Shown: positions 24,401-36,352, counted from the first letter of the stretch. The stretch is DNA of 64,000 nucleotides from Myxococcota bacterium (GCA_040386535.1 JAZKFH010000005.1:158298-222297); one strand, 5' to 3'. Program-made: numbers and translations. The notes: generated by a model not told the origin, from the letters alone.

Positions 24401-26911
24401 GAGCAGGTCATCCGCCAGCTGCGTCACGACGGCTTGCCGCCCGCCCCGCGCGCCCTCTCTCCGATGCCGCCCGCGACCGACGTGCCGGCGCCGCGGCTCG
24501 ACCTCGACTTCTTCAATGGGATCGGCGGCTTCTCGACCGACGGGCGCGACTACGTGACCGTGCTGGGGGCCCGCCAATGGACCCCCCTGCCGTGGGTCAA
24601 CGTCATCGCCAACCCGACGTTCGGGTTCCTCGTATCGGAGTCCGGCGGCGGCTTCACGTGGGCCGAGAACAGCCACGAGAACCAGATCACGCCCTGGTCG
24701 AACGACCCGGTGAGCGACCCGCCCGGGGAGGTCCTCTACATCCGCGACGACGACTCGGGCGAGACCTGGACCGCCACCCCGCTGCCCGTGCGCGAGGAGA
24801 CCCCGTACGTGGTGCACCACGGGCAGGGGTTCACCACCTTCACCCACGAGAGCCACGGCATCGCGTCGGAGCTGGTGCAGTTCGTCGCCCCCGAAGACCC
24901 GCTCAAGGTGTCTCGCCTCGTGCTCCGCAACACCTCGGGCCGCGAACGCCGGCTCTCGGTCGCCGCGTACGTCGAGTGGGTGCTCGGGCCCTCCCGGGCC
25001 GCCTCGGCCCCTTTCGTCGTCACCACGCTCGACCCCGAGACCGGCGCCATCTTCGCCCGCAACCCGTGGAAGGCCGACTTCGCCAGCCGCGTGGCGTTCC
25101 TCGATCTGAGCGGCGCCCAGCAGATCACCTCGGGCGACCGCGTCGAGTGGATCGGCCGCAACGGCTCGCTGGCCTCGCCCGCCGGTCTCAGCCGCGAGCG
25201 GACGGGCGCCGGGCGCGTGGGCCCCGGCCTCGACCCGTGCGCGATGTTGATGACGACCATCCGCCTGCTGCCCGGCGAGAGCGCGAGCGTCGTGGTGTTC
25301 CTCGGACAGGCGGACGGCGACGCCGCGGCCCGCGCCCTCGTCCTGCGCGCCCGCGCGATCGATCCCGAGGCGCTCCTGCGCGAGGTCGTGACCCGGTGGG
25401 ACGACATCCTCGAGGTGGTCCAGGTCAAGACACCGGACCGCGCGATGGATCTGCTCCTGAACCGCTGGCTGCTCTACCAGACGCTCTCGTGCCGGATCTG
25501 GGCGCGCGCCGGCTTCTACCAGGCCGGCGGTGCCTACGGCTTCCGCGACCAGCTCCAGGACGGCATGGCCATCGCCGTGGCCCGCCCGGACCTGACCCGC
25601 GAGCACATCCTCCGGGCCGCGGCGCACCAGTTTCCCGAGGGCGACGTGCAGCACTGGTGGCATCCGCCGTCGGGAAAGGGCGTCCGCACGCGGTTCGCCG
25701 ACGACCGCATCTGGCTGCCGTTCACCATCTCGCACTACATCGACGTGACCGGGGAGGCCGCGGTGCTCGACGAGGTCATCCCCTACCTGGACGGCCCGCT
25801 CCTCACGCCCGAGCAGGAGGACACCTACCAGGAGCCGCGCGTCTCCACCGAGACCGACACCCTCTACGAACACGCTGCCCGCGCGCTCGACGTGAGCCTC
25901 AAGGTCGGCGTCCATGGCCTTCCCCTGATGGGCAGCGGCGATTGGAACGACGGCATGAACCGCGTCGGCAACCACGGCCGGGGCGAGAGCGTCTGGCTCG
26001 CGTGGTTCCTCATCACGACGCTGGACCGCTGGATCCCCGTCGCCGAGGCCCGCGGGGACACGCCCCGTGCCACCGCCTGGCGTGCGCACACCGCCGCGCT
26101 CCGCGTCGCGGTGGAGGCCGAGGCGTGGGACGGCGACTGGTACCGCCGGGCCTACATGGACGACGGCTCGCCCCTGGGCTCCGCGGCGAACGTGGAGTGC
26201 CGGATCGACTCGATCGCGCAGTCCTGGTCCGTGTTGTCGGGGGCCGGCCAGCCGGACCGGCAGGTGCGCGCGATGGCGGCGCTGGAGGAGCACCTCGTGC
26301 GTCGCGCCGACGGCGTCGTCCTGCTGCTCACCCCCCCCTTCGACCGCACGCCGCTCGACCCCGGGTACATCAAGGGCTACCTCCCGGGCATCCGCGAGAA
26401 CGGCGGGCAGTACACGCACGCCGCGCTCTGGGCGCTCATGGCGTTCGCCGAGCTCGGCGACGGGAACAAGGCGAGCGAGATCTTCGCCATGCTCAACCCC
26501 ATCAATCGTGCCAACACCCGCGCCGGGCTCCAGCGCTACAAGGGCGAGCCGTACGTGGCGGCGGCCGACGTGTACGGCGCGGGCGTGCAGATGGGGCGCG
26601 GCGGCTGGACCTGGTACACCGGGTCGGCCTCGTGGATGTATCGGGCCGGGCTGGAGTGGATCCTCGGCGTGCGCGTCCGCGGCGACCACCTCCACCTCGC
26701 GCCGTGTGTGCCGGCGAGCTGGCCGGGCTTCGAGGTCACGCTGAAGCACCACGGCTCCCGCTACGTGATCACCGTGCTCAACCCGCGCGGCGTGCAACGT
26801 GGCATCGCGTCGCTCACGCTCGACGAGGTGGCGCTCGATCGCCTCGCCGCCAACGTCCCATTGGTAGACGACGGCGCCACGCACCACGTGCGTGTCATCC
26901 TCGGAGACTAA
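18401..26911 (+). CDS. ndvB: Cyclic beta-1,2-glucan synthase (Cgs/NdvB/ChvB family; GT84, central glucoamylase-like/cyclisation domain, GH94 phosphorylase)
   Basis: 2836 aa; WMGWERKRGKL, ITLDAD, LSHDLFEG, RHHRWARGDWQL, PPDNFQE, SWSGSMFEYLMP, YQAGGAYGFRDQLQD, GDWNDGMN, RENGGQYTH. Confidence 0.93.
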   Translation: MPTSSVQPIRGELYSIDRLEQYGPELAATHRIVPGRHRGRPVLARLEDNRRALVNATRIIAADVRAGTAVSPAAEWLIENFGLVEEQLREIQEDLPPSFYLELPKLADGDKAGYPRVYALVWAYVEHTDSRFDLESLKRFVRAYQEVQPLRIGEIWAIAISLRLVLVENLRRLADSIILRRQERAEADDLADALLDPARVPKLRGRLAALERAPLASAFSVQLIQRLRDRDPTTTPGLLWLNEQLARQNTTAEEVVRIEHLQLAATQGPVRDGITSMRALSSIDWADFVEDVSLLEAVLGGQAPVPVLDFSTRDRYRHVVEELARGSGWSEVAIGQLAVDKARTSGAPRGAREAEAGYYLLSTGRTALEAEIGYRPPWSQRVRRIARLEPTVGYVGAILFATAIALAIPLSVSTAWGAPLIEGIVLGLLALIPASELAIGLVNRWATRLVGPRKLPKLALEDGVPAELRTMVVVPTLLCDEAEVWELVERLEVHFLANDDGDLRFALVSDWPDAPTERMDGDDALLAVARQAIAELNARHAPVATAPGITGPRFFLLHRGRRWNERQGVWMGWERKRGKLHELNRLLRGATDTTFLDAGIADSGVDLAALQIRYVITLDADTRLPHGSAKKLVGAIAHPLNRAVHDPVTRCVVQGYGILQPRITPTLPESGEGTLAQRVYSGPAGIDPYAFAVSDVYQDLFDEGSFTGKGIYDIDAFELAMAGRVPENTMLSHDLFEGLHARAGLLSDVELFESSPAHYQVAAARHHRWARGDWQLLPWIFTRGPIPFIGRWKMLDNLRRTLVAPAGLATLLASWTLADGRPWVWTLFVGASIAVPVLLPVLLDMLPRRTGLSMRSFARGVGEDLVLALLRVGLAIALLAEQAWQMIDAITRTLYRLAVSHRRMLEWVTAEQVKRGSKLDLAAFQRQMARSVGLTVLALVAVVGDAPGAFGLAATFATLWIFSPVIARAISAPPVARARARLDDRSSDSLRLTARRTWRYFETFVTPGHNHLPPDNFQEDPAPAVAQRTSPTNIGLYLLSSVSAHDMGWLGTLAFIERIEATLTTIEKLERHRGHLYNWYETTTLAPLLPRYVSTVDSGNLAGHLLTLQQACLELAEYTPTVPRAFAGIADALAIAREAIAAMGPDLRDGSLRRQHLGESADEIAALLRAPQGEAAPGTPNVWDLLLVKAEVLVDTAQALAQEHAAGPGSDTCADILDWARIVRAAIAGHVQDRALVDGGFFEAGAFRDSPAARLTRLAERAERLSQEMAWDFLFDADKRLFSIGYNVDNSRLDISSYDLLASECRLASFLAIANGDVPVSHWFRLGRRLTPVGSSSALVSWSGSMFEYLMPELVMAVPEGSLLAQTDRLVVARQIRYGAARGVPWGISEAAYNARDLNLTYQYANFGVSGLGLKRGLAEDLVIAPYATALAAMIDPVAAVKNLASLANVGASGRYGFYESVDYTVARLPEGTRGAVVKAYFAHHQGMSIVALCNTIGGFGMRRRFHASPLVRSAELLLHERTPRHVAVARSHTDEEAMHLHVREVVPPVLREFSSPHDALPATHRLSNGRYSVAFTAAGAGQSLWKELAVTRWREDETLDTWGSFVYVRDVVSGRVWSAGHQPTGVEADDYAASFYEHRVEIRRRDGSITTTLEVIVSSEDDAELRQVTVANTGNRVRTLELTSYAEVVLAPDAADVAHPTFSNLFVQTEFEPGVEALLASRRPRSALEQRMWAAHVSSVHGVGVQGVQFETDRARFLGRGRGVRTAAAIHDGRPLSNTVGAVLDPIFSLRRRVTLQPGESAKVTFTTLVGPTRERVLALCDTFRDSGVFERTLGHAWTHAQVQLRHLGIDPEEAQLYQRLASRVLYAGPAMRADRDVLDRNRLGQSALWRFGISGDRPILLGRIANMEDRDLVRQLVHAHCYWRMKGLRIDLVILNEQLHSYGQDLQEDLEGLVRASHLAGVQNGVYLVRGEHLGDEDRDLLLTAARVVVDSRDGSLSEQVIRQLRHDGLPPAPRALSPMPPATDVPAPRLDLDFFNGIGGFSTDGRDYVTVLGARQWTPLPWVNVIANPTFGFLVSESGGGFTWAENSHENQITPWSNDPVSDPPGEVLYIRDDDSGETWTATPLPVREETPYVVHHGQGFTTFTHESHGIASELVQFVAPEDPLKVSRLVLRNTSGRERRLSVAAYVEWVLGPSRAASAPFVVTTLDPETGAIFARNPWKADFASRVAFLDLSGAQQITSGDRVEWIGRNGSLASPAGLSRERTGAGRVGPGLDPCAMLMTTIRLLPGESASVVVFLGQADGDAAARALVLRARAIDPEALLREVVTRWDDILEVVQVKTPDRAMDLLLNRWLLYQTLSCRIWARAGFYQAGGAYGFRDQLQDGMAIAVARPDLTREHILRAAAHQFPEGDVQHWWHPPSGKGVRTRFADDRIWLPFTISHYIDVTGEAAVLDEVIPYLDGPLLTPEQEDTYQEPRVSTETDTLYEHAARALDVSLKVGVHGLPLMGSGDWNDGMNRVGNHGRGESVWLAWFLITTLDRWIPVAEARGDTPRATAWRAHTAALRVAVEAEAWDGDWYRRAYMDDGSPLGSAANVECRIDSIAQSWSVLSGAGQPDRQVRAMAALEEHLVRRADGVVLLLTPPFDRTPLDPGYIKGYLPGIRENGGQYTHAALWALMAFAELGDGNKASEIFAMLNPINRANTRAGLQRYKGEPYVAAADVYGAGVQMGRGGWTWYTGSASWMYRAGLEWILGVRVRGDHLHLAPCVPASWPGFEVTLKHHGSRYVITVLNPRGVQRGIASLTLDEVALDRLAANVPLVDDGATHHVRVILGD

Positions 26912-27003
26912 CGAGCGTCCAACTCTGGCAGGGGCCCACCGTTACATCCGCGGACCCCTACCTCATGCTCAGTCGGTTAGGTTCGCCCGAGGGCGGGCCA
27001 ACG

Positions 27004-28320
27004 ATGATTCCAAGGGAGGTGGACATTCCGGTCGACGCACTCATGCGGCTCCTCGCCGTAAGCCGCAAGCTCGCGGCGCCGATGGAGTTCAAGAGCCTGC
27101 TCTCCCTGGTCATCGAGGCCGGGCGGGAGGTCCTCGGGGCGGAGCGTGGAGTGGTGTTGCTCTACGATGCCCGTCACCGGGAGCTGCACTCGACCGTGGC
27201 CACCGGGCACGAGGTCATCAAGGTCACCATCGACTCGGGCATCGCCGGCGCCTGCGCCCGGACCCGCAAGACCATCAACGTCCCGGACGTGGACGCCGAT
27301 CCGCGCTTCAACCCCCAGATCGACCGCGCGACCGGGTTCCGCACCCGCTGCCTGGTGTCGGTCCCGCTCATCGGGCTGGACGAGGAGCTCGTCGGCGTGA
27401 TGCAGCTCCTCAACCCCGCGCGCGGCTACTTCGACGCGGGGGACGAGAACATCGCCGAGGTGCTGGCGAGCCACGCCGCCGTGGCCATCCAGCGGGAGCG
27501 CCTGCTCGCCGAGCGGATCATCCGCCTCAAGATGGAGCGTGACCTCGAGGCCGCGCGGGTCATCCAGGAGGGGGTGCTCCCCCGCCACCTCCCGCTCCTC
27601 CCCGGCTACGACCTCGCCGGGTTCAGTCGGCCTGCCGAGCAGACCGGCGGCGACCTCTACGACGTCATCCCGATGGGCCCCGACTCGTCGTCGCCCATCG
27701 CGATCCTCCTCGCGGACGCGTCGGGCCACGGCATCGGCCCCGCGCTCTCGGTGGTCCAGGTGCGGGCGATGCTCCGGATGGGGCTGCGCCTCGGCGCGGA
27801 CATCACCGACCTCGTCCGCCAGATCGACGCCCAGCTCCTCCAGGACCTCGGGGACGACCAGTTCGTGACCGCGTTCATCGGCTGCCTCGATCCGCGCCGC
27901 CACGAGCTGGTCTACCACGCCGCCGGGCAGGGCCCGCTGCTGCACTTCCACGCGATCGACGGGCGCGCGGAATGGCGCGGCGCCTCCGCCCTTCCGCTCG
28001 GCGTCGCGGAGCTCCCGGATGCGCCCCTGGCCCTCCACATGGCCCTGGCACCGGGTGACTACGTCGCCCTCGTCACGGACGGCTTCTACGAATGCGCCAA
28101 CCAGGCGGGCGAGGTCTACGGCGAGCACCGCGTGCTCGACCTCATCGCCCGCCACCGGGGCTCGGACGCCCGCGGCGTGATCGCGGCGCTCGTCCGCGAG
28201 ATCGACGAGTTCGCGCAGGGCGCGGTCCAGGCCGACGACCTGACCGCCATCATCCTCCGCCGGCACCCCGCGGATCACGTTGCGCCGACAGTCCCGGAGG
28301 TCGAGGCGCGCGGGCGCTGA
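27004..28320 (+). CDS. GAF + PP2C/SpoIIE phosphatase (RsbU-like)
   Basis: GAF (SGIAG...DPRFN...TGFRTRCL); TGGDLYD, ADASGHG, FVTAF, VTDGFYE, DDLT. Confidence 0.9.
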   Translation: MIPREVDIPVDALMRLLAVSRKLAAPMEFKSLLSLVIEAGREVLGAERGVVLLYDARHRELHSTVATGHEVIKVTIDSGIAGACARTRKTINVPDVDADPRFNPQIDRATGFRTRCLVSVPLIGLDEELVGVMQLLNPARGYFDAGDENIAEVLASHAAVAIQRERLLAERIIRLKMERDLEAARVIQEGVLPRHLPLLPGYDLAGFSRPAEQTGGDLYDVIPMGPDSSSPIAILLADASGHGIGPALSVVQVRAMLRMGLRLGADITDLVRQIDAQLLQDLGDDQFVTAFIGCLDPRRHELVYHAAGQGPLLHFHAIDGRAEWRGASALPLGVAELPDAPLALHMALAPGDYVALVTDGFYECANQAGEVYGEHRVLDLIARHRGSDARGVIAALVREIDEFAQGAVQADDLTAIILRRHPADHVAPTVPEVEARGR

Positions 28321-28486
28321 CCGCGGTAACGCCTCCGCAACCGCCGCCTGGACGACGCTTCGATGCGCACGGCCACGTGCGTTCCGGGCCGCATGTGCGC
28401 CCCGCGGTGGCGCCGGCCGCTCTCGGCGCGGTAGACTGCGCGGGATTGCGCCAACCCGTCGCGGCGCGCACCCGAGGAGAGCGGAG

Positions 28487-29182
<696 letters not shown>

Positions 29183-29282
29183 TGCAATGGTTCGGGCACC
29201 GGTGGTGACAGACCGTCGACAGAGAGCACGCCTGGACAGGGCTTGTTCACTGTGGTAACGTTTGCGCCAACCGGATTACCGC

Positions 29283-30392
29283 ATGGTTGCGACCAGTCCG
29301 AGTGCGATGCGAATCTTGTTGGTGGACGATGATCCGAGGCAGGTCGCCGTCCTGCGCGCGCATCTCGCTTCACTCGACCACACCCTCCTCACCGCCAACG
29401 GCGGGGCCGAGGCCTTGCTGTTGCTGGAAGAGCAGCCGGTCGACCTGATCCTGCTCGACCTGCGCATGCCCGGGATCGACGGGATCGACGTGCTGCATCA
29501 CATCCGCGCCCAGCCCGAGCTCGCGCGCATGCCGGTCGTGCTCATCACCTCGATGCACGAGCGCGAGGCGCGCCTCCGCGCCATCGAGGCCGGCGCGGAC
29601 GACTTCGTGGAGAAGCCGCCCGACGGCGCCATCCTCCGCGCCCGCGTCACCAACCTCCTCCGCCTCAAGCAGCTGGGGGACGATCTGGAGCGCAGGAACG
29701 AGGAGCTGCGGCGGCTCGAGGCGCTGCGGCAGGAGCTCACCGATCTCGTGGTGCACGACCTGAAGGCGCCCGTGGCCGGCGCCGCGCTCAACATCGAAGT
29801 GGCGCTGGAGATCCTCGGCCTCGAAGAGGGCCCCGCCTGTGAAGCCCTGAAGGACGCGCTCGCGGGCGTGCACCGGATCCGGTCGATGACGGAGGAGATC
29901 CTCCTCCTGGCGCGCCTGGAAGAGGCGAGCATGCCCATCCGCCCGGTCCGCAGCCCGCTTCGGAGCATCGTGGTCGACGTGGTGCGCCACCTCGGCCGCC
30001 TCGCCGAGCGGCGGGGTACCCGCGTGGACCTCTCGGTCGACGAGAATCTGTCCGCCACCGCCGATCCCGAGCTCATCCGCCGGGTCATCGAGAACCTGCT
30101 CGACAACGCCATGCGTCACGCGCCGCGCGGCGGCCGCATCGCGATCCAGGGCGTCCAGAACGGGTGCATCTCCCTGAGCATCGCCAACACCGGCACGCCC
30201 ATCCCCGAGCGGGACCGCACGCGCATCTTCGAGAAGTTCGCGCAGTCGTCGGGCTCGGTCTCTCGCGGCGCCAACGTCGGGCTCGGTCTCCACTTCTGCC
30301 ACGTCGTCGCGCGCGCCCACGGCGGCTCGATCCGCATCGACGAGACCCCCGAGTGGCCCGTCGTGTTCACGCTGAGCCTGCCCATCGCCTGA
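29283..30392 (+). CDS. Hybrid REC-HisKA-HATPase histidine kinase
   Basis: ILLVDDD, LLDLRMP, HDLKAP, NLLDNAMRH, GLGL. Alternative start 29307. Confidence 0.9.
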   Translation: MVATSPSAMRILLVDDDPRQVAVLRAHLASLDHTLLTANGGAEALLLLEEQPVDLILLDLRMPGIDGIDVLHHIRAQPELARMPVVLITSMHEREARLRAIEAGADDFVEKPPDGAILRARVTNLLRLKQLGDDLERRNEELRRLEALRQELTDLVVHDLKAPVAGAALNIEVALEILGLEEGPACEALKDALAGVHRIRSMTEEILLLARLEEASMPIRPVRSPLRSIVVDVVRHLGRLAERRGTRVDLSVDENLSATADPELIRRVIENLLDNAMRHAPRGGRIAIQGVQNGCISLSIANTGTPIPERDRTRIFEKFAQSSGSVSRGANVGLGLHFCHVVARAHGGSIRIDETPEWPVVFTLSLPIA

Positions 30393-30411
30393 GCGCCCGA
30401 GCGCCCGGCCG

Positions 30412-32295
<1,884 letters not shown>

Positions 32296-32453
32296 ACCTG
32301 CTTGTATCCCACGCCGCCTAGAACATTTGGGAACAACCGGGAACCGCTTGCGACAACAAAGCCCCCGACTTCGCTCCTGGCGCCTTCCTGGAGGGACTAA
32401 GCTGTGCCACAGCGCTTCGATACTACGGTGGCGGGCTGGGAATCGGAGATTTG

Positions 32454-33977
32454 ATGACGACGGCGACCGCACCCGGCCAGGGCTCCCTCATCTGCACGGG
32501 TGTGCCCGGACTCGACACGGTGCTCGGAGGCGGGCTCCCGCGAAACCGGATGTTCCTCGTCCAGGGCGCGGCGGGCGCCGGCAAAACCACGCTCGGGCTC
32601 TCCTTCCTGCTCGAGGGCCTGCGCAACGGAGAGCCCGGCCTCTACGTGACGCTCTCGGAGACCCGGGAGGAGCTCGAGGCCGTTGCCGCATCTCATGGTT
32701 GGTCGCTCGCCGGCCTGACGATCTGTGAGAGCCCCGGTGTGGATCGTGGGCAGGAGGGGCTCGGCCCCTCGATGTTCCACTCGGCGGAGTCCGAGCTCAC
32801 CCAGACCATCCAGGGGCTCCTTCGGGAGGTCGAACGGGTGAAGCCGGCGCGGGTCGTGTTCGATTCGTTGTCCGAGCTGCGGCTCCTCGCCGGAGGCGCG
32901 CTCCGCTATCGTCGGCACGTGCTCGGCCTCAAACAGTTCTTTGCGGGTCGCTCCACGACGGTGCTGCTGGTGGACGACGGAAGCGTGGTCGACGAGGACT
33001 CCCGACTGCAGAGCCTCGTGCACGGTGTGCTCGAGCTGGAGCAGGTCACCCCCGACTTCGGCGCGCAACGGCGGCGGCTGCGCATCGTCAAGATGCGGGG
33101 CCACGACTACGTGGGCGCGTTCCACGACTTCACGATCGCCCCGGGCGGCCTCAAGGTCTTTCCCCGGCTCTTCGCCACGGCACACGAGGTGAGCTTCGAA
33201 CCCGGGACCGAGTCCAGCGGGCTCGCCGACATCGACGCGCTGGTCGGGGGCGGGCTCGACCGCGGCACGAGTTTGCTGATCGTGGGCCCGGCGGGCTCCG
33301 GGAAGTCCTCGATCGCGGCCCAATACGTGTCGGCGGCCGCCAAACGTGGCCAGCGGGCCGTCGTGTTCACCTTCGACGAGACCGCGCGCACCCTCCTCCT
33401 CCGTACGGAGGGCCTCGGCATGGGGCTGGCGCCGCACGTAGCCGCCGGGCGTGTGATCCTGCACCAGATCGACCCCGCCGGGCTCACCCCGGGTCAGTTC
33501 GCGAGCATCGTCCGAGCGGCCGCGCTCGGCACCGGCGAGCAGGAAGCGGCGCGGATCGTCGTGATCGACAGCCTGAACGGGTACCTGAACGCGATGCCCG
33601 AGGAGCGGTTCCTCCTCGTCCAGCTGCACGAGCTCCTCACCGCCCTCGCGAAGCACGGGGTGGTCACGATCCTCGTCGTTGCGCAACAGGGGCTGGTCGG
33701 CAACGTGTTGGACGGCCCCGCCGATGCGAGCTACCTTACGGACACGGTACTGCTCACCCGTAATTTCGAGGCAGAGGGCGTGGTGAATCGAGCCGTGTCG
33801 GTGATCAAGAAGCGCACCGGCGGTCACGAGCGAACCATCCGTGAAGTGTCGTTCAGCGCGAACGGCCTGGCCCTGAGCCCGCCGCTCCGCGGCTACCGAG
33901 GCGTGATGACCGGCACGCCCACGCCGATCCCGGCCGCGCCCGACCCCGCGCCCGATCCCCAAAGCGAAAGCCGATGA
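32454..33977 (+). CDS. KaiC-like double-domain RecA-superfamily ATPase
   Basis: Two Walker A motifs (GAAGAGKT, GPAGSGKS), VVFDS/VVIDS, KMRG and KKR; SY (ASYLTDT) at the position of the KaiC ST phosphosites. Confidence 0.88.
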   Translation: MTTATAPGQGSLICTGVPGLDTVLGGGLPRNRMFLVQGAAGAGKTTLGLSFLLEGLRNGEPGLYVTLSETREELEAVAASHGWSLAGLTICESPGVDRGQEGLGPSMFHSAESELTQTIQGLLREVERVKPARVVFDSLSELRLLAGGALRYRRHVLGLKQFFAGRSTTVLLVDDGSVVDEDSRLQSLVHGVLELEQVTPDFGAQRRRLRIVKMRGHDYVGAFHDFTIAPGGLKVFPRLFATAHEVSFEPGTESSGLADIDALVGGGLDRGTSLLIVGPAGSGKSSIAAQYVSAAAKRGQRAVVFTFDETARTLLLRTEGLGMGLAPHVAAGRVILHQIDPAGLTPGQFASIVRAAALGTGEQEAARIVVIDSLNGYLNAMPEERFLLVQLHELLTALAKHGVVTILVVAQQGLVGNVLDGPADASYLTDTVLLTRNFEAEGVVNRAVSVIKKRTGGHERTIREVSFSANGLALSPPLRGYRGVMTGTPTPIPAAPDPAPDPQSESR

Positions 33978-36352
33978 AGAGCTTCTCCGCCGGGCTGCGT
34001 GTCGTCCTGCTCCCCACGCCACGCGACGGCGAGATCGGCGCATCCATGCTCGCCGACGCGGGCTTCGACGGCGTGGTGTGCCCGGACCTCCACTGCTTGT
34101 GTGACGAGGTCCAGAAGGGCGTCGGCGTGGCGATCCTGACGGAGGAGGCCCTGGAGGAGGACGGGGTCGGGCGGCTCACCGCGCTCATCGCGGAGCAGCC
34201 CCTGTGGTCGGACATCCCGGTGGTCCTGTTGACCCGCGGCCCGGTGGACTCCCCGCTCGTGACCGGGGCCCTCGTCGCGCTCGGCAACGTCACGCTGCTC
34301 GAACGCCCGGTGCGGCTGGTCACGCTCGTCACCACGCTCCGCTCGGCCATCCGCGCTCGGACGCGGCAGTACCAGCTGCGCGAAGAGCTCCGGGTCCGCG
34401 AAGAGGCCACCTCGGCGCTGCGGGCGAGCCAAGACCGCCTCGATCTCGTGCTCCGCGTGGCGGACGCCGGCACCTGGTACTTCGACCTGCCTCCCTCCGA
34501 GATCGTCGGAAACCGCGCGTACCATCGTCACATCGGCCTGAACCCCGAAGACAACGCGCCGATCGACATCAACCTGTTCTACTCCCTCGTCCACCCCGAC
34601 GATCGGGCGCGAACCCAGGCAGCGATGGACGACGCGCTCGGGCACAGCCACGTCCTCGACATCGACTACCGCACGCGCGGTCCGGACGGCACGGAGCGGT
34701 GGGTACGGGCGGCGGGCCGCACGTTGCTCAACCGCGCCGGCGTCCCCGCGGCCTTCTACGGCACCACGATCGACCTGACGGCCCGGCGCGCCGCCGACAC
34801 CGCGCTCGCCCGATCGGAGGCCCGTTCCGGCGCCATCGGCGCGGCGCTCCCCTTCGGCGCCTGGGAGTGCGACCCCGCCGGCCGCGTGGTCCACCTCGCC
34901 CCGGCGTTCCTCCAGCTCGTCGGCCGCACGCTGGCGAGCTGCCAGGAGCACGGCTGGGCCGATCTGGTGCACCCCGACGACGTCGAACGGTTCGCCGCCG
35001 CCTGGCCCCGGCTCGTGTCGACCCCCGCGATGTTCACCCTCGAATACCGCGTGCGCGACGAGGCCGGCGACTACCACACCGTCCTGATGCGGGGCATGCC
35101 CCTGCTCGACGAGTCACGGGCGGTCACCGGCTGGGTCGGCATCAACCTCGACATCACCGAGAAGCGGCACGTGGAGCAGGAGCTCGAGCGCGTGAGCCGC
35201 CTCGAGTCGATCTCGCTCGTCGCGGGTGGCATCGCGCACGACTTCAACGACCTGCTCACCGGCGTGCTCGGCAACATCGCGCTCGCCCGCATGTCGGCCC
35301 AGCGGGACGAAGAGACCGTGCGCCGCCTCCAGGACGCCGCCCAGGCCGGCACCAAGGCGCAAGAGCTCGCCCGGCAGCTCCTCACGTTCGCCCGCGACAA
35401 GGAGCCCGTCCGCGCCCCCGTGTGGCTGCCCGGCCTGCTCCGGGAGTCCGCGGACTTCGCGTTGCAGGGCCTCGGCGTCCGCTGCGAGTTCAACCTCGCG
35501 GAGAACCTGCCCGGCGTGGACGCCGACGCGGTGCAGCTCGGCCAGGCGGTGCAGAACCTCGTGCGGAGCGGCGCGGAGGCGATGGACGGGCACGGAGTGC
35601 TCGTGGTCCGCGCGTCGGCGATCCAGATCGGCGCCGCCGGCGGGCTCCCGTTCGCGCCCGGGCCGTACGTCATGGTCTCGGTGACCGATCGGGGCCGGGG
35701 CATCTCCCCCGAGAACCTCCCGCGCGTGTTCGACCTGGTCCACAGCGCCAAGACCCGCTCCGGGATCGCGCTGCCCATCGCGCACGCCATCATCCGGCGC
35801 CACGGCGGGCATCTGCTCGCCGCCTCCCAGCCCGACGGCTCCACGTTCACGTTCTACCTGCCCGCGGGCGCGCCGATCGCGGCGCCGGCGGCGCGATCGG
35901 TTCCCCCGGTGCTCGTCCGTGCCGCGGCCACCCTTCCCCGCGGCCGCGGCCGCCTGCTGGTGATGGACGATGATGCCCAGGTGCGGGCTGTCGCCTACCT
36001 CTCGTTGGTTCGCCTCGGCTACCAGGTCACCCTCGCGGTGCACGGCACCCAGGCCGTCGAGACCTACCGCGCCGCGTTGCGGGATCACCTGCCGTACCAG
36101 CTGGTCTTCCTCGACCTGACGGTGCAGGGCGGCATGGGAGGCCTCGAAACCCTCCTGCAGCTCCAGCAGATCGACGCCGGCGTGCGCGCCGTAGCCGTGA
36201 CCGGCTACACCGACGACCCGCTGCTGACCGCCTTCGCCGACTATGGCTTCACCGGCGCCATCACCAAGCCGTACACCGTCGACGATCTCGGGCGGGTGTT
36301 GCAACAGGCCGGGAGCCCGCCCCCTCCGGCGGCCGCTCCCCCGAACGCGTAA
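33974..36352 (+). CDS. Hybrid sensor: pseudo-REC, two PAS domains, HisKA, degenerate HATPase, REC
   Basis: ATGA overlap with the KaiC-like gene; two VHPDD PAS motifs; AGGIAHDFN H-box; C-terminal VMDDD...FLDLT...ITKP. Confidence 0.85.
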   Translation: MKSFSAGLRVVLLPTPRDGEIGASMLADAGFDGVVCPDLHCLCDEVQKGVGVAILTEEALEEDGVGRLTALIAEQPLWSDIPVVLLTRGPVDSPLVTGALVALGNVTLLERPVRLVTLVTTLRSAIRARTRQYQLREELRVREEATSALRASQDRLDLVLRVADAGTWYFDLPPSEIVGNRAYHRHIGLNPEDNAPIDINLFYSLVHPDDRARTQAAMDDALGHSHVLDIDYRTRGPDGTERWVRAAGRTLLNRAGVPAAFYGTTIDLTARRAADTALARSEARSGAIGAALPFGAWECDPAGRVVHLAPAFLQLVGRTLASCQEHGWADLVHPDDVERFAAAWPRLVSTPAMFTLEYRVRDEAGDYHTVLMRGMPLLDESRAVTGWVGINLDITEKRHVEQELERVSRLESISLVAGGIAHDFNDLLTGVLGNIALARMSAQRDEETVRRLQDAAQAGTKAQELARQLLTFARDKEPVRAPVWLPGLLRESADFALQGLGVRCEFNLAENLPGVDADAVQLGQAVQNLVRSGAEAMDGHGVLVVRASAIQIGAAGGLPFAPGPYVMVSVTDRGRGISPENLPRVFDLVHSAKTRSGIALPIAHAIIRRHGGHLLAASQPDGSTFTFYLPAGAPIAAPAARSVPPVLVRAAATLPRGRGRLLVMDDDAQVRAVAYLSLVRLGYQVTLAVHGTQAVETYRAALRDHLPYQLVFLDLTVQGGMGGLETLLQLQQIDAGVRAVAVTGYTDDPLLTAFADYGFTGAITKPYTVDDLGRVLQQAGSPPPPAAAPPNA

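Noticed and set aside
17615..26887. Very long antisense ORFs (1272 aa, 1799 aa) and the 2094-aa alternative-frame ORF at 22036
   Set aside because: High-GC shadows of the glucan synthase with no motifs. Only 27004-28320 of the 2094-aa ORF looks like a real gene.
32454..33977. Circadian clock locus
   Set aside because: No kaiA or kaiB in the window, SY instead of ST at the phosphosites, and coupling to a hybrid kinase fit the non-clock KaiC-like group.
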